Part shown: positions 1 to 10,943 of the stretch, piece by piece | Layout: the number at the start of each line of letters is the position of its first letter | Numbering within the stretch: the stretch's first letter is position 1 | DNA from: Octopus sinensis | Lineage: Eukaryota | Assembly (NCBI RefSeq): GCF_006345805.1 | Contig: NW_021824389.1 | Span: 1-27,161, forward strand | Reading direction: 5' to 3' | DNA: 27,161 nucleotides | Notes under the pieces: model-generated | Told to the model about the DNA's origin: nothing | Seen by the model: the letters and a program-made list of their open reading frames with translations, nothing else | Databases searched by the model: none | Position numbers and translations under genes: made by a program

Positions 1-658
1 CAAATTTTGCCAAAAGCTCAGAGATCTACGCAAAGTTGCTGAAAGTGTATGGAGAGGAATGTATGAGCCGAAAAGCGTCGATAGTGACGAGCGTTCTGGG
101 AGACCTACAACCAACAGAACTGAGAAAAACATCGCAGATGTGCGTGCAGCTGTGAGGGGAAATCATCAAATCATCATCTGTGAGTTATCAGAGGATGTGC
201 AGATTAATTACGGTTCAGTTCAGTCCTTTATCACTGAAGATTTGGGTATGAGACGCGTGTCTACCAAGTTTGTGCCAAAGCTGCTTTTAGCTGACAACGC
301 ACCTGCCTATTCATCGCAGCTTGTGCAGCAGATTTTGGCTAGGCACAGCATTCCCTAGGACCGACAGTCACCGAATTCCCCAAATCTCGCCCCTTGTGAC
401 TTTTTCGTCTTTCCAAAAATTAAATCCCGCTTGACAGGAAGATTTCAGGACGTCGAGGAAATCGAAGTGAATGCGACGACGCAGATTTTGTTTATTCCAG
501 AAAACCACTTCCACGAACGCATCCATCAATGGAAACAGCTCTAGATTAAGTGTGTGGGTTCCAAAGGGGACTTCTTTGAAGCAGATCAAATGCCAAATTG
601 GTACGTGTTGAAGTTTTGTTTTTATAGCACCAGTCCGAGTACTTACCGATCAGACCTC

Positions 659-659
<1 letters not shown>
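1..659 (+). mobile_element. Degenerate, internally deleted mariner (Tc1/mariner, D34D) transposon, truncated by the window start
   Basis: The frame of ORF 59-358 reads DERSGRP..ELSEDVQINYGSVQSFITEDLGMRRVSTKFVPKLL (HTH plus WVPHEL-like linker), jumps to DNAPAY, and continues past stops at 356-358 and 542-544 as SPNLAPCDFFVFPKIK..WKQL*IKCVGSKGDFFE. D at 293-295 and D at 398-400 are 34 codons apart. It ends in ...gatcagacctcg followed by TA (660-661). Confidence 0.93.
632..659 (+). repeat. Probable right terminal inverted repeat of the mariner element
   Basis: agtccgagtacttaccgatcagacctcg|TA lies just after the transposase end and resembles mariner-type termini. The partner TIR is outside the window. 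Confidence 0.65.

Positions 660-699
<40 letters not shown>
660..699. repeat. (TA)n microsatellite
   Basis: Perfect TA run. Confidence 0.98.
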
Positions 700-701
<2 letters not shown>

Positions 702-1363
702 GGAGTAAACACATAAATGTGAAACAAGGTGGAAAAAAGAGTACTCAAATATAGGGTACTACAATTAGGGTATTAACATGCATCAGCTTTGCTAAAAGTA
801 GGAGTCATAAAAATCTCCGATGGCACGGTAATCATCACTAAATTTTTACAGGCAGAGTGGAAAAGAAACTAAGTGAATAAGAATCCTGTTGCTTCTGCAA
901 AATTGTTAAAGAAATGGCAGTTAATCTAGTATTATAATTTCGAATTTAGCGCCAAAGAGCACTCGATTATTTTCAGCCAGATCTACTCGTAACAATACTG
1001 GTAAATTCCTTTTCCAATGCCTGTGTGCATCCAAGTACCTCAGCCTCATTGGAAAAAGAAACGAACCATGTGCGAGCAAAATTGTTATAAGATTCCATAT
1101 TAACAAAGATTCCAGAGTAACAAAGATCTGCTCCCACCATACATGCATATATCAAGTTGACTGGGACTTCACAATATATTTAATTCTAGTAAATGGTTCG
1201 CAGTTATTCTTAAAAGTGCTTTAAAAATTAACCATTCTATTCTATCGAAGACTGTCGGCTCGAAGCGTCAAAGATCTCTTCTATTTTTCCTGAGCGTCAA
1301 ACCTGTTTGTTGTTCCCTAATATGTCTCTGTCTTCTGTTTTTTGGTTTTTGTACAATTTTGAA

Positions 1364-1366
<3 letters not shown>
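700..1366. mobile_element. Composite non-coding repeat between two (TA)n tracts; right end carries a decayed minimal-HHR element
   Basis: 1236-1301 (tctattctatcgaagactgtcggctcgaagcgtcaaaga..ttcctgagcgtc) aligns by eye with 7700-7759 (minus) and 21355-21415. 748-930 shows patchy similarity to 15928-16080. Confidence 0.5.
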
Positions 1367-1402
<36 letters not shown>

Positions 1403-1546
1403 TAGATAATATATATCGATAGATAGATAGATATAGATAGATAGATAGATAGATATAGATGATAATAGATAGATTGGTTATATATACATACTTACATACA
1501 TATATACATACATACATTCATACATACATACATACATATATATATA

Positions 1547-1584
<38 letters not shown>

Positions 1585-1625
1585 TATATATTATATATAA
1601 ATATATCTATGTGTATATATAATAT

Positions 1626-1668
<43 letters not shown>

Positions 1669-1792
1669 TATATATATATTACTATATATATGCATATTGC
1701 ATATACATACATATATATTCTTATATATAAACGTGTGTTTGTATATGCGTAATATGTGTATGTCTGTATAAATACTTATATACATACATATA
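1366..1792. repeat. Compound (TA)n/(GATA)n/(TACA)n microsatellite
   Basis: Directly visible simple repeats. Confidence 0.95.
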
Positions 1793-1802
1793 TCTTCTTC
1801 TA

Positions 1803-2002
1803 ATGGCACAAGGCCTGAAATTTTGGGGGAGGGGTCGAGTCGATTACATAGATCCCTGTACTCGAGTGGTTCTTATTTTATCGACATTGAAAGTGTGAAA
1901 GACAAATTCAACCTCGGCGGAAATTGAAACTGGCACGTAAAGACGAACGAAACGCTGTTAAGCTTTTTGCCTGGCGTGTTAGCGATTCTGCCACCCCATC
2001 GA
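1803..2002 (-). mobile_element. Diverged tRNA-derived SINE, family B
   Basis: The reverse complement aligns with 18639-18870 and 26647-27112 (tggcagaatcgctaacacgccaggcaaaa..ccgccgaggttgaatttgtctttca..gtcgataaaataag). Confidence 0.85.
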
Positions 2003-2071
2003 CTTTATTGACATACACATAGACAAAAACACACACAAACACTCATATACACACGCACACGCACACACACA

Positions 2072-2118
<47 letters not shown>

Positions 2119-2209
2119 ACACAAACACACACAAACATATTTATAGGCAATTGTGGGGATGGTTTGCTACCGGTGGTGTTGGTTTGGTTGATGCTAGAGG
2201 TGCTGGTGT

Positions 2210-2697
2210 CTTCTCCTTCTTCTTCCAATCAGGACCCACACCATTGGCCACAAAGAATAATCTTTAATTCGAGCCTACTCTAAGCTACTAAGAATGCGTG
2301 TAGCAACTTGAAGATCCACCCACCACACGCGATAGACTAGCGGTTGCACGGGTGCGTTGTTATCCTCATTCCGTAAACGGTGGCTTTTAAACGGGCGGAG
2401 AGCTGAACCATCCTGGGATACAGAGGATTCGCAATCTAGACTAGGGTCTGAAAGTTTACCACACCATAGTGGGTTACACCATGGTTCCTCTGCTTTGTGG
2501 CAGAAGTAGGAAGAAAGAGTGAGAGAAAGTTGTAATGAAAGAGTACAGTGGGGTTCACCACTGTCCCGCACCGAAGCCTCGTGGAGCTTAGGTGTTTTTG
2601 CTCAATAAACACTCATAATGACCGGTCTGGGAATCGAAACTGCGTTCTTACGACCGCGAGTCCGGTGCGCTAACCACTGGGCCATTGCACCTCCACG
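2210..2697 (-). mobile_element. Full-length tRNA-derived SINE, family C, with (GAA)n tail and 11-bp TSD
   Basis: Minus-strand head ggaggtgcaatggcccagtggttag..gactcgcgg..gtttcgattccc has A/B boxes and a TCG anticodon-like loop. Tail is ggaagaagaaggagaag. Direct repeat ggtgctggtgt at 2199-2209 and 2698-2708. Confidence 0.85.
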
Positions 2698-2984
2698 GGT
2701 GCTGGTGTTTGCTGTGGTGGCGGCGGTGGTGGTTGTGGTTATCGTTGTTAGTATAATGTGTTCCTTGCTGCTGTGTAACACCTGTTGATCTTCAGCAAAC
2801 CAAGTACGAAACCGTAACCACCTCGTCAGCTGGTATCCCATAAAACACACAGCCCAATGCATTCCTCCATATTTTAGGCTGTAGATTGATATTTTAGTAA
2901 AATAAGCGGCGATTCTAGCATACAGAACGATCACATACAGGTTCCCCTTTTGTGAGCCGTAGTTGTACACGTGACAACTGTTTA

Positions 2985-2985
2985 C

Positions 2986-3059
<74 letters not shown>

Positions 3060-3364
3060 GCGTGTGCGTGTGAGTGTGTGTGTGCGCGCATGCGTGTGTA
3101 TCTGTGTATATGTATGTGCGTGTATGTTTGTCTCTGTGTTATGTACTTGTTATGAGTGCTATGAGTGTGTATATGTGTGTGTATGTGTGTGTATGTGTGT
3201 GTGAGCGTACTTCACTTATGTATATGTATTTTTTGCGTAGTCACATGTTGGCATTTTGTTCATGTGCATGTGTGCATGTGTTTGTACGTATGTATACACA
3301 CACACATATACATGAAAGAGAGAGAGAGTGGCAGGGAGACAGACAGACAGTCCGACAGACAGAC

Positions 3365-3409
<45 letters not shown>

Positions 3410-3495
3410 CATACATACATACATACATACATACATACATACATACATACATACATACATACATACATACATACATACATACATACATACATACA
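2985..3495. repeat. Compound (TG)n, (GA)n, (GACA)n/(GATA)n/(CATA)n microsatellite block
   Basis: Directly visible simple repeats. Confidence 0.95.
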
Positions 3496-4009
3496 GAGTA
3501 CTGTGCATGTGTGCGTAAGTATTAATTTGTAAGTAATTTTATATGCTGCGTGTGTTTGAGCTATGTATAACATTTTATTTATGCACTGTATGTATGAATG
3601 ATGCGTGATATATATACATATGTGTATAAGTGTGGAGTGATTTATGCACGCACGTATGGTTTGATATATGTGTATGTGTGTGCGTACATGCGTATGTGTG
3701 CATATGTGTTACACGTATGTGATTGTGTACGCCTACATCCACGCGGGCACAGTGAAATATTTCGTGAAACGAACGCCTGACCCCAATTACTTACCTATTT
3801 AACCCACACTTTGCATGCAAGGTCGATAATTGTCTATAGACAAACAATCTTCTTTATAGCTTGCCTGATGCTTGGCCTATGATATATGGCCACCTCTCAT
3901 AAACCATGTCCCACTGATTAAGCTTCGATACACGCAACACCAAATTCTGGAACTATTTCGGAAAAAAAAAATCATTGCTTCATTCAGTATATATCTTTTA
4001 CTGATTTAT

Positions 4010-4062
4010 TCTTTTACTGGTGTCAGTCATTGGACTGTAGCCAAGTAAGACCACCACTTTCG
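4010..4062 (-). mobile_element. Decayed 3' tail fragment of SINE family A
   Basis: ttttactggtgtcagtcattggactgtagcca is the reverse complement of a diverged tggccgcagtcaaatgactgaaacaagtaaaa (15853-15884). Confidence 0.6.
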
Positions 4063-4255
4063 ACGCTTTCAATCACATGCACACTGATATATATTACAGT
4101 CTGATATTTATTCTATCTTTTACCGTTTATCGGATGGCTCGGTTAACCTTGTGTTTTCACGTCAAGTGAATCCATTTTACAGCGCTAAACACAAACACAA
4201 ATACAAACACACACAGATACATGCACACATATAGATATATACGTATAGATGAATA

Positions 4256-4259
<4 letters not shown>

Positions 4260-4340
<81 letters not shown>
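4260..4340. repeat. (TA)n microsatellite
   Basis: Perfect TA run of about 80 bp. Confidence 0.98.
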
Positions 4341-4342
<2 letters not shown>

Positions 4343-4367
4343 TGTATGAATATGTATATGTATATGT

Positions 4368-4700
4368 GAAGTCGCATGGCTCAGTGGTTAGGGCGTCGAG
4401 CTTACATCGTGAAGTTGTGAGTTCGAATCCGGACCGGGCTGCGCATTGGTGTTCTTGGCAAGACACTTATTTCACACGTTGCTCCAATTCACTCAGCTGT
4501 AGAAATGAGTTGCGAACGTCACAGTGCCAAGCTGTATTCGGCCTTTGCTTTCCCTTGGATAACACTGGTGGCGTGGAGAGGAGGCTGACATGCATGGGCG
4601 ACTGCTGGTCTTCCATAAACAACCTTGCCCGTATTTGTGCCTGGGAGGATAACTTTCAAGGAGCAATCCCATGGTCAGTCATGACCGAAGGGGGTCTCAG
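4368..4700 (+). mobile_element. tRNA-derived SINE, family D, with CORE-like central segment
   Basis: A box tggctcagtgg and B box gttcgaatcc, followed by tgttcttggcaagacactt..ctcagctgtagaaatg resembling the CORE-SINE domain. Confidence 0.8.
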
Positions 4701-4752
4701 CAGCATAAGTAGATATACCTGTATACCTGTATATATATATATATCTATATAT

Positions 4753-4783
<31 letters not shown>

Positions 4784-5140
4784 TATATATTATATTATAA
4801 ACGTATATTATATAGATATGTATATATGTATATATATGAATATATATAACGTATATTATGCATGTGTCTATGTCTACACCAGATATATATATACATATAT
4901 GTTTCTATGACATATATTTTATTATATATTATGTATATTATATGTATTTGTATAGTATTTTCTTATCTATATATATATGCATGCGTATATACATATATGC
5001 ATGTAGATAATACACGTATGTGTGGGGTGTGTATGAGTGTAGATAAGTGAACTGATGAGAAATGGAATGAACCATTCTTCATTGAAAATCCGTGCAATTG
5101 TTTGGACACATTTTCACTCGTAATACATTAATAAGGTGTG

Positions 5141-5190
5141 TAAGCATTATCGCGCATACACGGTGTGTCATACACCTCTTCAGATGATTA
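5141..5190 (-). ncRNA. Decayed type I hammerhead-like motif
   Basis: Minus strand: taatcat-CTGAAGA-ggtgt(atgac)acacc-gtgt-atgcgcgat-a-atgctta. Stem II is 5 bp and stem I 6/7 bp, but the GAAA box is lost. Confidence 0.4.
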
Positions 5191-5703
5191 AGCTCTTCGT
5201 CAGAACCTGCCGTCATTTCACTCAGTCTGAGAATACATTCCCAAAGCAATGCATTTACATACGTACGTATGTATGCATGTATGTATGCATGTATGTATGC
5301 ATGTATGTATGCATGTATGTATGCATGTCTGTATGCATGTACCCATGAATCTATGTATATGTGTGCGCATATATAAATATATAATGATGATAATAATAAC
5401 AACAACAACAACAATATTCCTAAGATGGAATTTACAAACAATTAATGCATCGTTACCGGCGTTACTATGATCTTAAATGTCATGTGATTTGTGGAAACGC
5501 GCGTAGCAATGCATTAAATATTTATAAATTCCATCCTATGGTTAGTGTCATTATCAATATATTTATCCTACATTATATAGGTATAACTTGGTGCAATCCC
5601 GAAAAACGTGTTCACTAATCAGCGTAATTAGACGGCATAACGGAATAGAAGCTTTATTTGCATGTTCAACCATAAATAAATTTAAAAGACATATCTATCT
5701 ATG

Positions 5704-5769
<66 letters not shown>

Positions 5770-6119
5770 GATTGAACGTCACGCATCCATTTCCAAGTAA
5801 GTTTATCTTAATAATTTTGGTACGACTCTATCCTGTACTGTTCTCTCTCATCCTTTCTCTAATTCTTTTTCTCCCCATCACCGTTTTCTATCTTTCTCCC
5901 CCTCTTTCTCCTTTACTTTCTCTTGTTGCTGACACGTGACCGACGTCCATCTTTCTTTTCTGTCAGTCTGTCGTACAGACCACAAGTACTCTTATTTGTC
6001 TCCTCTTCTATCTTTTCTCTTGTCAAAGACAATATTTCTCCAGCATTCGATACTTTTACTTCGTCTAGCCTAACTGCCCTCCGTGTTTGTTTTTGTTTGG
6101 TTTGTTTTATGTCTCCACT

Positions 6120-6370
6120 GTCCTGTTTTTGTTACCAACTTTGACCCTCCGCAAATCCTAAGTACTATTTTGGCTCGCAGGATCAACTGCCTTTCGAAGT
6201 TTCATATTGTCGTTCAATGCTCGAAATGAGGAGTAGATAAACATTCGACAACTGATAAAGGGTCGTTCTGTGTGTTACTTGTCTTGTTTTCTATTTGTTT
6301 CTCTCGTTGTTTGCATACCCAAATCTGTGTTTGTATTTCATGCGTTTACGTTTTGTGACGTCCTTTACCC
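6120..6370 (+). mobile_element. Short structured non-coding repeat with a possible type II hammerhead remnant (6189-6264)
   Basis: Order is cGAAG-tttc-ATA-ttgtcg..cgacaa-CTGATAA-agggt, followed by a T-rich tail running into TA repeats like the other TA-embedded elements. Confidence 0.4.
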
Positions 6371-6800
6371 ATATATGTATATGCAGCATTTCCTTCCCCC
6401 CTCTCTCTCTTTCTCTCTCTCTCTCCCCCCCCCCCCCTTCTGGTAGGGTCTCCATTCATTTTCAAATCTCCATGCTATCTTAAATGGTGTTAAGTTATAA
6501 AGGCCTCTGTTATTATCTTTATTATTACTTTTATTATTAGTATCGTATGCATTTATTTTTTTTAAATTTATTTTCATATTTATTTTTAATTCTTATGTTC
6601 AATGTGCAATTAAGTGTAAAGTTCTGTGGAAAATAGAATCAAAAGACAAAACAAAAGATTTGGGGGAAATGAATAAAAAAGAGGAAACCATTCTTTGGGG
6701 ATTTTGGAATGGTTTGGAGAAACTTTCCATCATTAAAACATTAGGGTTTTTCATTATTCATGTATATATATACATTGGTATATATATATGTGTGTGTGTG

Positions 6801-6837
<37 letters not shown>

Positions 6838-6940
6838 TATGTATATATATAGTAACTATTCATTCATTTATCCGTGTTAATTGTTAACAGGTAAAATACA
6901 CTCATCTATTTATATATAATATATATATAGATATATATAC

Positions 6941-6984
<44 letters not shown>

Positions 6985-6992
6985 TATATATA

Positions 6993-7024
<32 letters not shown>

Positions 7025-7139
7025 ATACATACAGATATATGTATGTATATATACATATATTTCCCTCCTCTTTCACTTCATTCTCTCTCCCTTTTTCTCC
7101 CTAATTCTTCTGTCTCTCTGCCTGTATCTCTCTTCTCTC

Positions 7140-7620
7140 TCTCCATGTAACCAGTGTTCGGCCAAGCCTGAACTTTCATTCTTGGTTCGACTTCCATCCG
7201 TGCAACATCTGTATTCCTCCCCATGCCTGTCATTCTGTTAGGTCCCTGCCGTAAGGCTTCACTTTCACACACGTCCTTAGTCGCAAGACACCTGTTGTTA
7301 TGTCCTGTATTTTTGCCTTTGTATTTGTGTACTATTTGTCCGCTTTTTTTTCTTCGTCCTTGCTTCCGTGTACATTCGCTGCTTTCTTCCAAGGAAGTTT
7401 TTTTCTTGGAGCTGGCCAGATTGTAGCAATCTCGATTGTAATCAGCCGAAATTGCAAAGATAATCTGGAACTCGACTGAGCACAGAAAACTTCGAATGAC
7501 CCGTCCGTGTTTTTTCTTGTTCCTCTTTTGTATAATCTGTCTGGATGTTTTGTTGTCCCTTTTTTGTATCATCTAGCTGTCTGGATGTTTTGCGTTATTG
7601 TCCCATTTTTTGTATTCCTT
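7140..7620 (+). mobile_element. Short structured non-coding repeat ending in (TA)n, with a long hairpin at 7406-7485 and a ~40-bp internal tandem duplication
   Basis: Nested stems ccagatt/aatctgg and gcaatctcg/cgaaattgc. ctgtctggatgttttg occurs twice (7537 and 7577). Confidence 0.45.
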
Positions 7621-7632
7621 TATATATATATA

Positions 7633-7818
7633 GGGAGAATTCACGAGAAAAACACGAGACGAAGACAGGTGGTATAGAAAACAAACAGATGTATTAGTAT
7701 AATGCTCGGGAATTGAAAAAGTCTTTTACGTTTCGAGCCTACACTCTTCCACAGAAAGAAACGCAGAAAGAAACAAGGAGTGAAAAAAATGTGTGTTGTG
7801 GCTACCGATCTATCATGA
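7633..7818 (-). mobile_element. ~185-bp non-autonomous element inserted in (TA)n, carrying a minimal type I HHR
   Basis: Flanked by TA runs on both sides and homologous to 21322-21489 and 1236-1366. Confidence 0.7.
7722..7759 (-). ncRNA. Minimal type I hammerhead ribozyme motif (core variant CUGUGGA)
   Basis: Minus strand: tcttt-CTGTGGA-a-gagt(gtag)gctc-GAAA-c-GTA-aaaga. Stem I 5 bp, stem II 4 bp, palindromic ACGT stem III. Confidence 0.6.
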
Positions 7819-7821
7819 TAT

Positions 7822-7852
<31 letters not shown>

Positions 7853-8493
7853 CAGATGCAAGTGCACATGTTTATGAATGAGCTATCAAAGTAGCCCAGT
7901 TGTCTCTTACATCGACTCCTTCTACCTTTCTAAATATCAAACACGAGGAAACGAAATTGGCTCCTGCTTTATGCATTCTAAGTTACACTTCCCATATTTT
8001 CGTATTTCGTATGATAAAACGATGGAGTAAAACTCAACTATTTTTAAGTGAGATTTAAACTAAATAACGGAGGATTTATCTTCCATTGAAAAAAAAATGA
8101 CCCAATATTTTAGTACTTCAGCGTCTTGTTCTCCATACCACAACTTTACACGCCACAGCCCCTCGACATTGGCAATATCCTCAACCAATAATAAGACAAA
8201 CAAAAGAAATGAAAGCCACATACGGACGACTATATCAAGAAGCTGTATTTAACTACAACAATAACAGATATAAAGGAAATTAGAGAGAAAATAACATAAA
8301 AATAACTGAAAGCAACAAGAACAACAAAAGAGGAACTATGTACTAATATGGCCGCTTTTTAATGATGGCCTCAAGCAAAGTTCATCCGGGTACGTTAAGT
8401 GTCGGATGTCACGTGATTATCACATTTTTTTACCACCAGCTCCTGTCAAATACTTTCCTATTTTTACTGTATATTTTCTCCCTTTTCCCATTA

Positions 8494-8531
<38 letters not shown>

Positions 8532-8939
8532 CGCGCGCGCAAGCACACGCACATTCACTTCGTCTCTCACACGCACTCGTTAAATGATCCCTCCCCCTTT
8601 CTCTCTCTCTAGCTCGTTTAGATTTTCCCTTCTCTCTCCTTCTTTCCGTTTCTCTCTTTTCTCCATCTTTGTTTCTCTCTCTCCCTCTTCCTGTCTGTAT
8701 GTTTCTCTCTCTCTCTCTCTCTCTATATAGTATATATATTATATATATAGTATATAATATATATATATATATATATATCTACCTACTCATTCACATTTAA
8801 GCATTTGTTTACCTGCCTCTGCTTCCGTCTATTTCCTTACACCTCACGAATAATATGCGTGCTTGTATGTGTGTTTATGCAGGCCCATGTAAATATATAT
8901 GAATATCTCTATGCGTGTTTTTAAGTTTAAAGAAACATA

Positions 8940-9630
8940 TACGAGTGCATGCAAAACGGTTTCGTCGCTCTAACTTCATCTCGAACAGGTTGGCCCCGTT
9001 TTTCTCGAGCCATGCCTGTAGAGCTTAACCCGAACGGGTAGCTCTTCTCGATAGCATTGCCAGTCCAGGGATCTCTGGAAGTTGTCCATAGCTCCCAGCC
9101 CAAAAGTCATCTTGAACAGGTTCGTCCGGAGATCGTAGTCGTACTTCCCTTCCACTAATCCCCTATAGAATGCTTTGGTTGTGTTGAAGTCGCTCGAGGC
9201 CGACCCGGTACGGCATAGTTGCTTGAGAGCAACGCGACACTCGCGGTGCCATTCGCCCTTCCTCGGCCTCTTTTTGATCAACGACTGCAGTTCGGTCATG
9301 GACACGAGCTGTAGTAAAGCGCGCCTCACAAACGACGAACACACCTGTTCACCGTTGTCTACGTAGAGCCGGAGATATTGCAGTCTCAGCGCGTGTCTGC
9401 GCATCATCAACCACGGCATGCTCAGCCCTCCTTTTAACGGAGGTTGGCAGCAAACGGATCACCTGACCATCGGAACGCATCCTTTCCACAAGAAGCAGAA
9501 GAGAATGCGTTAGGAACAGATTCCTCTCGGCTCATTGCCGGGCGAGAGTGACCACCCTACTCGTTATCTCGTTCCAGTTCTTCTCTGTTTGGAGTTCCGG
9601 ACCAAACCAGACCCCGAGCGACTCGATCAT
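8940..9630 (-). pseudogene. LINE ORF2 C-terminal remnant (post-RT region and C-terminal zinc-binding domain)
   Basis: Translates as IESLGVWFGPELQTEKNWNEI..*AERNL, FCFLWKG, CCQPPLKGGLSMPW, FQRSLDWQCYREELPVRVKL..PTCSR*S*SDETVLHAL, matching L1/Tx1 motifs (YLG, GGLG, W..LP, CxxC..ETxxH). Confidence 0.85.
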
Positions 9631-9632
9631 TC

Positions 9633-10943
9633 CTCATTGCTTTCGTCTTCTGACGAAATTTCTAGAGGAATCGGAAGGGGGTAGGGACATGTTGTAAGCT
9701 TCTATGTATGTTTGTGTAAGTGGTTGTGTTGTTGCTTACGTTGATGCTGGTTGTTGACTGTTTGTGTGTGGTGTATGTGATGTAGGAGAAAGGGAATCAG
9801 TTTCTGTATTGGCTTTTGGTTTTTCTGTTTCTTTAGTTTTTGTTGTTGTTGGTGGTGTTTTTCCAGGTGCTGTATGTTCATTTGTTGGTGTTGGTGTGTT
9901 TGGTTGGTGTGTTTCTTTTGTCGTACTCCCTTTGATTGTCTTCTGTGTTGATGGTGGTGTGGGTAGTAAGGGTTCTTTTACCTTTCATTTTTTCCTTATT
10001 GTGGTTGTTGTTCTTGTTCTTGTTTTTGTTGTTTCTTTGCTGTTGGGCAATCAGTTTTTAGGTGCTCTTCGTTGCCACAGTAACAGCTATGCCTTCTACC
10101 TTCTACCACCACGTATAGGTTATGGCCGTCTGACAGCTCAATTTGGTGTGGGATGCTATTGAATGAGTCCTTATATATTTGCATCAGCAAGTGAATAATT
10201 TTTCCCGACCAATTTTGTTGCTCTAAGGTAGCAATCTCCAGGATGTTTAGGTTCTCCTCCATGATGTAAAAAATGGCAGACAACAGCCATTGTGACTCTA
10301 CTTCCGGAGGAACATTTTTGATTGAGATTTTGGTTATACGTTGACCAAGGTATGTTGAATCAAAATTAGTTTCTCAGACTGTAGGGTGAGTGTTGAGAGT
10401 TCTCTTGCTTTTCTTCGCTGTTGAAGCAAACTTGTATTGTCGCATATCTCTTCCACCAGTTCACGTAATTCTTATGTGCCCACATCGGACGCAAACATTT
10501 TCTATCAGTTCCTGTGGTCGGTCTGCGTGTTTTCACGTTAATGATTTTATACGCAATTGTTCTCTTTTGTGTGGTGTCTATGATATTTTGCGGATGTTGC
10601 GGGATGTTGTGGGATATCTATGATATTTTGTGGGATTTGAGCCTTCTTGAGTTAAGAGGGATTTTGTTTGTTTTATTTGTTTTGTTGTGAAGTGTAGTAT
10701 GATCTTTTTTTTGTGTTTTAAGGCTTCTGCAAAATATTTCTTTTTGTTGTTGTTGTCACTTGTGGTGGTGGTGGTGGTGGTGGTGGTGGTATCGGTAGCA
10801 GAGAAGGTAGTTGTAGCAGCAGAAGTTGTTGTAGTAATGGTGTTAGTGTTGACGGCAGAGTTGATGTCTTTGGTGGCAGTGATGGTGGGTGGCCTTGCGG
10901 CATTAGTTTTGTTGTTGTTGGTGGTGGTGACAGCGGTGTTCAA
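9633..10943 (-). pseudogene. LINE ORF1 (gag-like CCHC zinc-knuckle protein), frameshifted
   Basis: ORF pieces 10578-10943 and 9996-10283; knuckle C-x-C-x4-H-x4-C at about 10045-10085, followed by a Q/T/K/P-rich tail. Confidence 0.75.

Noticed and set aside
973-1180. Minus-strand peptide NLIYAC..LCYSG faintly resembling a GIY-YIG endonuclease start
   Set aside because: There is no YIG-x-T motif or downstream conserved Arg/Glu pattern; too weak to call without a profile search.
2782-2836. CTGACGA and CTGAAGA on minus, and CTGTTGA..CGAAACCGTA on plus
   Set aside because: I could not assemble all three stems around any one core.
4368-4445. tRNA gene-like A/B boxes here and at 21673, 2620-2694 and 18780-18870
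   Set aside because: They continue into repeated SINE bodies and lack a clean acceptor stem, so they are SINE heads rather than tRNA genes.
9650-9680. CTGACGA followed by a small hairpin
   Set aside because: It is antisense to LINE ORF1 sequence, with no GAAA box, stem III or stem I.
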